From: Basidiobolus meristosporus CBS 931.73
Lineage: Eukaryota > Fungi > Basidiobolomycota
Assembly: GCA_002104905.1 (NCBI GenBank)
Contig: MCFE01000052.1
Coordinates: forward strand, 131,876 to 195,875
Length of the DNA: 64,000 nt
Direction: 5' to 3'
The position numbers were made by a program, and so were the translations under genes. Shown piece after piece: positions 55,081-63,773 of this stretch (positions within the stretch are counted from its first letter, which is position 1; the number at the start of each line of letters is the position of its first letter). Under the pieces are notes generated by a model. It had not been told where the DNA came from, ran no database searches, and saw only the letters and a program-made list of their open reading frames with translations.

Positions 55081-56680
55081 CTCCTACTCAGCTAAATGTT
55101 CATACTGACTAGTCCTAATTTTGACCTAAGATATTCAAACTTGTCTCTAGCTAATGGTTTGGTAATTATGTCTGCAATCATTTCATCTGTAGGACAGTAA
55201 ACTAAGCTAACTAAGTTACTCTCTATAGCTTCACGTATGAAATGATGTCTAATATCTATGTGCTTGGTACTAGCATGAAAAGTTGGATTTCTACCTAATT
55301 GTATACATCCTTGATTATCTTGAAATAAAGTAATAGGCGTTTTTTGACATAGGCCTAAATCTGTTAAGAGTTTTCTTAACCACATTGCTTCTTTTGTAGC
55401 TTCACAGGCTGCCATATACTCTGCCTCTGTGGTGGAAAGTGCTACAGTTGGTTGCTTTCTTGAATTCCATGAAATTGCTCCTTTACAATAAAGAAAGGTG
55501 TATCCTGTGGTGGATCTTCTGTCTTCCAAATTTCGTCCCCAATCTGCATCAGAGTATCCCACAAGATCCTGTTCTGAGTTGTTATAAGTGTATCTTAAGC
55601 AAATATCAGCAGTTCCTTTTAGGTATCTAAAAATCCGCTTAACTGCTGCAATATGATCAGATCCATAGTTCTGATTATGTTGGCTGACAACTCCCACTGA
55701 ATATGAGATATCTGGACGTGTTCCAAGCATGATATACATCAGACTGCCGACCATAGATTGATAAGGAAAGTCAGGGCTTTCTGATGGCACCAAGCTCTCT
55801 TGATTTGGTTGAGTTTTGACCAAGTTAAGGTTTGTCTCCATTGGGGTAGCTGCCGGTTTACAGTCTTCCATTTTGTACTTCTTTAGTATATCTTGAATAT
55901 ACTTGGATTGGCTTAGGGTAATAGTCTGGGTGCTTCTGTCTATGGAAAACTTAATCCCTAAGTAGTAACTAAGTTCTCCTAAATCAGACATCTTGAACTC
56001 CTTAGATAGGCTGGATTTAGTCTCTTCCAGTGTTTCTAGGTTATTGGCGGCTATAATAAGATCATCCACATATAGAGCTAATAGAACTGGATTTGCTCTA
56101 TCTGGCTTATAGTATATACTATGGTCAGCATTACTCCTTTTGAAACTCAAAGATTCCAAATAATAATCTATCTTGCAATTCCAGGCTCTTGGTGATTGTT
56201 TGAGACCATATAGTGACTTTTTAAGCTTGCAGACCAAGTGGGGGTTATCTTGGTCAACAAATCCATCAGGCTGGTCCATATACACGTCCTCATCAAGTTC
56301 TCCATTCAAAAATGCAGTTTTTACATCCATTTGATGAATAAAAAACTTATATTTTGCTGCAATAGCCAAAATTAATCTGATGGAATTAAACTTGCCTACC
56401 GGTGCAAAGGTCTCAGTATAGTCAAGTCCTTTTGTTTGAGAGTATCCTTTGGCTACAAGTCTTGCTTTGTATCTTTCAATTGTACCATCAGCCTTGTACT
56501 TTGTCTTGAAGACCCATCTGCATCCAATTGATTTTTGGTTGATTGGTAATTTGACTAAGTCCCAAGTTTGATTTTCCATCAGGGCCTGATATTCCTCAGT
56601 CATTGCAGATCTCCAAAACTTTGTCTGAGGGCTATTTAGGGCCTCTTTTACAGTCTGGGGTTCATCAATATGGACTGAAT
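54732..56680 (-). mobile_element. Ty1/copia LTR retrotransposon, 5'-truncated (RT-RNase H, PPT and 3' LTR only)
   Basis: ORF 55092-56603 with 'RYKARLVAKGY', 'QMDVKTAFLNG', 'LYGLKQSPRAW', 'LYVDDLII', 'YSDADWG', 'ADIITKPL'. Purine tract 55081-55091 sits next to the LTR. Confidence 0.95.
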
Positions 56681-56698
56681 AGGGTTAGGGTTAGGGGG
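56681..56698 (+). repeat. Interstitial telomeric repeats capping the broken copia
   Basis: AGGGTTAGGGTTAGGGGG joined directly to copia coding sequence just upstream of 'SVHIDEPQTVKEAL'. Confidence 0.85.
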
Positions 56699-57216
56699 GA
56701 GGAAAGTCACCAAGTGGTGAAATCTTTATTTACTTATGACAAGTATCTAAAGAAGCCAAGTTAATCTGAAGTTATTCCTAGAAAGCTAGGTCTGAGAGAT
56801 ATCTTCCTGGTAAGCCAGGTCTGAGAGTTGAGAAGCTGAGTGGTACTATATTTCCTAGTTAGCTAGGTCTGAGAGAGGTTTCCTGGAAAGCCAGGCCTGA
56901 GAAGTGAGAATCTGAATATATATGAGCTAAGTTATACTGGTTTGCGGTAGCTGAATTGTGGCCGGAATGGCCAGTAGACTGGGGGAACTGAGATGAATTT
57001 CTGGGCGATCACTGGCCAAATTTACTAGGCAAATCTGGCCAAGTAGCATTTCAAGGATTTCAGCCAATCAGAGCCTTTACTTTGCCCGATGGTTGATCAA
57101 GCCATCTCCCAATGAGCACACATCAATTTATTAATCAAATTTTGCTGGATCCAGGATTTGAACCCACAACCATGGGTATGGAAGGGTTAGGGATAACCAC
57201 AAGGCTAAGTGTTCTT
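56691..57216 (-). mobile_element. tRNA-derived SINE-like element (~525 bp) sharing the 3' tail of the telomeric LINEs
   Basis: On the minus strand, A-box-like TAGCCTTGTGG (57207-57197) and B-box GGTTCAAATCC (57164-57154) start 43 nt apart. The body is non-coding with repeated hairpins, and the tail reads TCACC-N4-GGTGA...CCCCCCTAA. Confidence 0.75.
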
Positions 57217-59204
57217 GGTTAGGGGGGGAGACAGTCACCAACAGGTGAAATCTTTACTTCAGTTGAAACAAAGAAGCCAGCGCTACTGTTGTAGCTTTGA
57301 TACAAGAGTGTGTAGCTGAGGGGAATTTGTAGGTAAGTTAATAAGAAGTGATGATAGTTCTTCAGTGCTCAAGACACTGTTCAGTGGGAAGGGAGGTAGC
57401 AAGAGAGGTAAGAATGACTTGTGAACAACATTAATGAGGGGAATGTGATAAGGATTGATATTCATCATAAAGGGAGTGTGCTGCTGCAGATATTGCTGCC
57501 AAAGGTCTGTCAAGTACTTCAGGTAGGCCAGCTTGGGTTTTTCTGACTGCAGAATATAGTGAGCAAACTTCTTGACTTCAGGATCTCCAAGTATAGTTCT
57601 CCAGCAGGAGCCAGGTGTTGTGTGGTGTGTTCTCTTCCAGGCCTTAATCAGTGGGTTGTTGCAGTTGTGAAGTCTGAGGTATAATCTGGTTCTAAGGTAG
57701 AGAAGTCTGATCTTATAGGGCATAAACCCAAAAGCACCAAGAATAGCATGTCTGTAGGGGCATTCAGGCAAATGAGGCACCAAGGAGGTAATGCACCATA
57801 CTGCAAACTTGTCAAGCTTAGTGCAGTCTCTAGAAGTAAGAGAGAGAAGTGGTAAGCCAAATTCCAGGACAGGGAAGACAAACTGCTTGAGTAGAAGAAG
57901 GCAGCTGGGAGCTGAAGTTGTAGGAGGAGTTACAGCCAGTAGCTTGTGGAGTGCCTGTCTTGCCAGGATAATTCTCTTTTTCAGGTGTGCTCCAGAGTCT
58001 AGTCCAGTAGGAAGGAAAGGAAAGCCAAGATATGTAGCAGAAACCTGAGCAGGTAGAGTGGAGTTCTCCAGGTTGATGGGAGAGCCCAAAGGTACTGTCT
58101 TTGCAATGGAAAGCTGGAGATTATTCTTCTGCAGATACTGGTGGATGGTCTGGGAGTCTTGTTGCACATTGGAGGAGGATATTCTGATGTCATCAGCAAA
58201 GAGAGTAACCAGGCAGTCAGCTGAGAGTCTTGGGAAATCATTCAGGAAGATGGCAAACAGTATAGGACCAAGCACAGAGCCTTGAACCACTCCACTAGGA
58301 ACTGAGAACACAGCTGATTGCTCACTTTGGTGCAGAATTCTTGCTTGTGGATCCAGAAACAGAGACCTGACAAGGAGGGTGAGAGAGGTACTGGAGAAGC
58401 ATTGCAACTTGGACCAAAGCAGATTTCTGTCAACAGAATCAAAGGCCTTAGTAATATCAAACAGAACAGAGGGATACTTGCACTGGAGAGAGTGATCTTG
58501 GCTAAGTATGACTGCATATTCCAAGGAGAGGCCAGGAACAAAGCCAAACTGTGCAGGATGAAACTTGAGGGAGTCAGAGTAGAGCTCCTGAGCAAGCAGA
58601 AGCTCAAACACCTTTCTGCAGGTGGGCAGCAGAGATATTGGCCTGTAGGAGCTAGGATCCAGGTGCTTTCCTTTACCCTTGTACAGTGGCAGAACATTTG
58701 CAAAGGACCATTCCTCAGGAGTAGAAAGCTGGGCTGAGCATTGTTGAAACAGTGGAAGCAGAAGTGCAGACATGGCCTTGGTACTAGTCTTCAGAAGCTC
58801 ATAAGAGATTGTGTCCACACCTGGAGCAGTAGAGTTGGGAAGTCTCTTGAGCACATTATGGATTCTCCCTTGATCAAGTGCCAGTGGGATGGGCAGAGTC
58901 TTGAAGTCAGGATGAAAGCCAGGAGTTGAGTACTGCTTTGTAGAGAAGAAGATGTTAGCCAGCTGTTCTGTTGAAGGTAACTTCCTGGAAGAGGGCCTCA
59001 TTGCCCTGTAGAGTCTTGATACTGTTCTTGTTATAGAGTTGGAAGATTGCAGAGGCAAGGAACTCATAATATGATCCCAGAGCTGAGTATGCAGAGAGTG
59101 GTGAATTGCCTTGGAGTGGTGTATTGCTGTCAGGAGGAGTTTCTCTGTTTTTGGGTTAGGGAAACTCAGGTAGCTTTGTTGCAGGCTGAAACAATGGATT
59201 CCCA
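57217..59204 (-). mobile_element. Family 1 telomeric LINE, copy B (5'-truncated; intact RT and C-terminus, ORF 57283-59205)
   Basis: RT motifs 'APGVDTISYELLK', 'YRPISLLPTCRKVFE', 'QFGFVPG', 'FDITKAFDSVDR', 'GVVQGSVLGPILF', 'LFADDI', 'YLGF'. Nearly identical to 59206-61193, and ends abruptly at 59204. Confidence 0.93.
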
Positions 59205-59268
59205 CTTAGGGGGGAGACAGTCACCAACCGGTGAAATCTTTATTTCAGTTGAAACAAAGAAGCCAGCG

Positions 59269-62040
59269 CTACTGTTGTAGCTTTGATACAAGAGTGTGTA
59301 GCTGAGGGGAATTTGTAGGTAAGTTAATAAGAAGTGATGATAGTTCTTCAGTGCTCAAGACACTGTTCAGTGGGAAGGGGGGTAGCAAGAGAGGTAAGAA
59401 TGACTTGTGAACAACATTAATGAGGGGAATGTGATAAGGATTGATATTCATCATAAAGGGAGTGTGCTGCTGCAGATATTGCTGCCAAAGGTCTGTCAAG
59501 TACTTCAGGTAGGCCAGCTTGGGTTTTTCTGACTTCAGAATAAATTCAGCAAACTTCTTGACTTCAGGATCTCCAAGTATAGTTCTCCAGCAGGAGCCAG
59601 GTGTTGTGTGGTGTGTTCTCTTCCAGGCCTTAATCAGTGGGATTGTTGCAGTTGTGAAGTCTGAGGTATAATCTGGTTCTAAGGTAGAGAAGTCTGATCT
59701 TATAGGGCATAAACCCAAAAGCACCAAGAATAGCATGTCTGTAGGGGCATTCAGGCAAATGAGGCACCAAGGAGGTAATGCACCATACTGCAAACTTGTC
59801 AAGCTTAGTGCAGTCTCTAGAAGTAAGAGAGAGAAGTGGTAAGCCAAATTCCAGGACAGGGAAGACAAACTGCTTGAGTAGAAGCAGGCAGCTGGGAGCT
59901 GAAGTTGTAGGAGGAGTAACAGCCAGTAGCTTGTGGAGTGCCTGTCTTGCCAGGATGATTCTCTTCTTCAGGTGTGCTCCAGAGTCTAGTCCAGTAGGAA
60001 GGAAAGCAAAGCCAAGATATGTAGCAGAAACCTGAGCAGGTAGAGTGGAGTTCTCCAAGTTGATGGGAGAGCCCAAAGGTACTGTCTTTGCAATGGAAAG
60101 CTGGAGATTATTCTTCTGCAGATACTGGTGGATGGTCTGGGAGTCTTGTTGCACATTGGAGGAGGATATTCTGATGTCATCAGCAAAGAGAGTAACCAGG
60201 CAGTCAGCTGAGAGTCTTGGGAAATCATTCAGGAAGATGGCAAACAGTATAGGACCAAGCACAGAGCCTTGAACCACTCCATTAGGAACTGAGAACACAG
60301 CTGATTGCTCACTTGGGTGCAGAATTCTTGCTTGTGGATCCAGAAACAGAGACCTGACAAGGAGGGTGAGAGAGGTACTGGAGAAGCATTGCAACTTGGA
60401 CCAAAGCAGATTTCTGTCAACTGAATCAAAGGCCTTAGTAATATCAAACAGAACAGAGGGATACTTGCACTGGAGAGAGTGATCTTGGCTAAGTATGACT
60501 GCATATTCCAAGGAGAGGCCAGGAACAAAGCCAAACTGTGCAGGATGAAACTTGAGGGAGTCAGAGTAGAGCTCCTGAGCAAGCAGAAGCTCAAACACCT
60601 TTCTGCAGGTGGGTAGCAGAGATATTGGCCTGTAGGAGCTAGGATCCAGGTGCTTTCCTTTACCCTTGTACAGTGGCTAGAACATTTGCAAAGGACCATT
60701 CTTCAGGAGTAGAAAGCTTGGGCTGAACATTGCTGAAACAGTGGAAGCAGAAGTGCAGACATGGCCTTGGTACTAGTCTTCAGAAGCTCATAAGAGATTG
60801 TGTCCACACCTGGAGCAGTAGAGTTGGGAAGCCTCTTGAGCACATTATGGATTCTCCTTTGATCAAGTGCAAGTGGGATGGGCAGAGTCTTGAAGTCAGG
60901 ATGAAAGCCAGGAGTTGAGTACTGCTTTGTAGAGAAGAAGATGTTAGCCAGCTGTTCTGTTGAAGGTAACTTCCTGGAAGAGGGCCTCATTGCCCTGTAG
61001 AGTCTTGATACTGTTCTTGTTATAGAGTTGGAAGATTGCAGAGGCAAAGAACTCATAATATGATCCCAGAGCTGAGTATGCAGAGTGTGGTGAATTGCCT
61101 TGGAGTGGTGTATTGCTGTCAGGAGGAGTTTCTCTGTTTTTGGGTTAGGGAAACTCAGGTAGCTTTGTTGCAGGGCTGAAACAATGGATTCCCATTTTCT
61201 TGAGGTAACAGCAGTAGTCTTGCATGGCAGTGAGAGGGAGGCAGACACCAGAATCAGATGCTTCACAAAGAGCCAGGCATAGTTGAGATCATCTGGCAGA
61301 GAAAGTAGCAAACTGGCAAGCTTCAAGTAGTTCCCAAAGTCTTTCTTCTGATTCTTGGTAGCTTTGTGGGTGAGCACAGTAAGTTTTGGCAGCTTCTTCT
61401 TCACAACTGGTTGCATAGAAAGGGACCAGGCTGGGTGGTCAGAGGCTCTCAAGGATCCTAGCTCAGCTCCAGAGAATTGCTTGACTTCATTCACAAAGTA
61501 GAGGGCAGCAGCAGAAGGGCAGATCCAGTCAACACATCTTTTCTCAGATTGAGCACCTAGTGCTAGCAGGTGGCTTTCTCTCAGGAAGTTCAGTAGGAAT
61601 GTAGACCTTGGCTTCATTCTTGCAGTCAGAGTAGTCTTGTTCTCAGGATGGGGAATGTTGAGATCTCCAAGCAAGATAACAGGTGTTGATATAGATTGTT
61701 GGTATTGCTGAACCTTCTGGCATATAACTTGCACTTCCTGAAGGGCAAGACTTGGAGGCAGATAGCAGAGCACCAGACTGATAGTTGGCAACTGGAGAGC
61801 AGCACAGTAAGGGGAGTAAAGAGGAACACAGAGCTGAGGAGTATTGATGGTAGAAGAGATGAAGCAGATAGAGGAGGTATTCTTTGTTCTAGGAGTAGAA
61901 AAGCAATATAGATTAGTCAAAAGTATAGAGGGTAGCTGGACATCAATCAAACACAGGAGGGAAAATCTTGAAAGAAGTCTCTCTAGAGTTGGTCTTGATG
62001 GCTGTATGCTGTTGCAGTTAAGCAACAGAACTTCAGGTAG
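59269..62040 (-). CDS. LINE ORF2: apurinic-type endonuclease plus reverse transcriptase; three single-base insertions relative to copy B (59642, 60678, 60719)
   Basis: APE motifs 'LLNCN', 'CYLPP', 'LLGDLN', 'VDWI', 'SDH', followed by the RT motifs. The ORF track splits it into 60703-62025, 59630-60598 and 59269-59868. Confidence 0.88.
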
Positions 62041-63548
62041 TCAGGCAGAGGTTGTAGCTTCTTCAGAGGCAGCATTGACAATGTGACCTGCAGAGTCCCA
62101 GAGCTCTTCAAATGGTGCATCACTTAAGTCAGCAAGGAGGGAAATGGCATGATTCTTGAGGAAGTATGCCACATCATAGGAGGGGGCTTGTCTCTTGATG
62201 GCAGCAAAGAAAGACAGAATGGCAACATGGGCTGGAGGCTTGTTGAACAGTAGAGAGTCAGAGGATTCAGATTCTTCAGGCACTATCTTGAAGTCAGTTT
62301 TCAGCCAGTTAAGGTTCTTCTCCACAAAGGCAACAAATGGGTCAGCAATGTTTTGGTCTAGGATAACCTCCAGAATCTTCCCTTTTCTCCAGGCCAGGTT
62401 GACAATTCTTGAGAGCTGAATATTGCATGCCTTGAGTGCTTTCCTGATGTTGGAAATGGGAGTCCAGGGAACTTGCTTCAAGTACACCACAGTCCAGGTA
62501 GAAGCTGGTGGTAGGTTTGCTGGGGGCTTGTAAGTCCTTCTGTGTTGCAATGGAGCTGCAGTAGTCAGATTGGAGTCCACATTCTCAGTAGAGGTTTTCT
62601 TGATGTGTCTTGCTGAATGGTACTGGAGCTGGATGTGCTGATAATTCTTGCTAGAACCTTGCCTGCATAAGTCTGAGGTATAGCTGAGGTGACTGTAGAG
62701 GTGGTGGCAGCTGGTGCAGGTGGAGAGGCAGAGACTGAAGCAGGAACTGAGGTCACCTGGGAGAAGGCAGTGGAAGCAGGTTTTCTGGGAGGAACAGAGT
62801 TCACTATCCAGTTGTTCTGTAAAACACTGGAGTAGCTTTTCTGTGGAACAGGATCTTGCTCTTGAACAGGAACAGAAGCAGGAGGCTGGGGCTGAGCAGT
62901 AGTGGTAAGGCAGTGGCACTCCAAGGAAGCTTTTTGCAAGGCATCTCTGGCAGTTTTCAGGGCAGTATTGGCTTCATTCTTGAGCTTCTTGCATTGGGCA
63001 TCCAGTCTCTTGTTTTCAATAGCCAGGGCAGTATTGGCAGCCTCTAAATCAGCAATTCTCTTCTCAATTGCAAGGAATCTCTGAAGAAATGCATCAGTAG
63101 AAGTGCTGGCATCTGGGAGAGCAGTGGCAGGAATAGAGTCCATTGACAGTGGGCTTCTTGGAGGCAAGGAAAGTGGACTGGCAGATTCAGGCACAAAAGG
63201 AGATATCCTGGCAGGAGGAGAAGGAGTATCCAAGGCAGTAACAGAGGCAATTCTTGTTGGTGAAGCAGCAGCAGGGGAGGCAAGCCTGTTCAGAAACTGG
63301 GCAGGAGAGAGTGCTTGAGGAGAGGGAGTCTTCAGCTTGCCAAGCATGTCTTCCATCAGAGTGATACCAATATTCCTGGTGCATTTGCAGAGAAAAGTAA
63401 GCTTCCTGAGTCTGCCAGCTCTTCCATTCCTTCTGATAGTTCCTTTGTTTCCACAGTTGGGGCAAGAAATCTTCTTGACAGACTTGTCAAAGCAATCAAG
63501 AACCTTCCTTTCAGGTGTAGTGGGCTCCTGTTGAGGTTTTGGTGGCAT
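62041..63548 (-). CDS. LINE ORF1: N-terminal Cys cluster, coiled coil, Pro/Ser/Ala linker and C-terminal globular domain; one frame break in 62565-62919
   Basis: ATG at 63548. 'CPNCGNKGTIRRNG...FLCKC', heptad 'FLAIEKRIADLEAANTALAIENKRL', and in the second frame 'WTVVYLKQVPWTPISNIRKAL...LEVIL'. Confidence 0.75.
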
Positions 63549-63617
63549 ATCCAGAGTTTCAGCTTCAAATTTCAATTTTTGAGATTTTTGGGTGATTTTT
63601 GATGGGCGGGATCAAAA

Positions 63618-63631
63618 TTAGGGTTAGGGTT
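63618..63631 (+). repeat. Interstitial telomeric repeat (TTAGGG)2TT
   Basis: TTAGGGTTAGGGTT read directly. Confidence 0.9.
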
Positions 63632-63773
63632 GCGCGCTGTGACTGCTTTTTACGATCGCAAGGTCAGAACCTAGGAAAAAATAAAAATAGTTAGTAAAGG
63701 TGATTTAATGGATGGATGGATGGATTCGGAGTCAGATTCAATCAAAAAATCAAATCGTTGACTAATTTAAAGA

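Larger units (their letters stand above)
59206..63617 (-). mobile_element. Family 1 telomeric LINE, copy A (full length, ~4.4 kb; ORF1 plus APE-RT ORF2)
   Basis: ORF1 63548-62041, ORF2 62040-59269. The 3' end is at TTAGGGGGG (59206) and the 5' side abuts TTAGGGTTAGGGTT (63618). Confidence 0.92.

Noticed and set aside
56775-56900. CRISPR-like array (short palindromic repeats with spacers)
   Set aside because: The context is eukaryotic, there are no cas genes, and the spacers are short and themselves duplicated.
57143-57216. Functional tRNA gene
   Set aside because: A and B boxes are present, but the acceptor and anticodon stems do not pair. Treated as a SINE head instead.
59153-59161. GGGTTAGGG inside LINE ORF2 (also 61142-61150) as a junction
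   Set aside because: It is present in both copies within coding sequence (FPNPK) and is not at a breakpoint.
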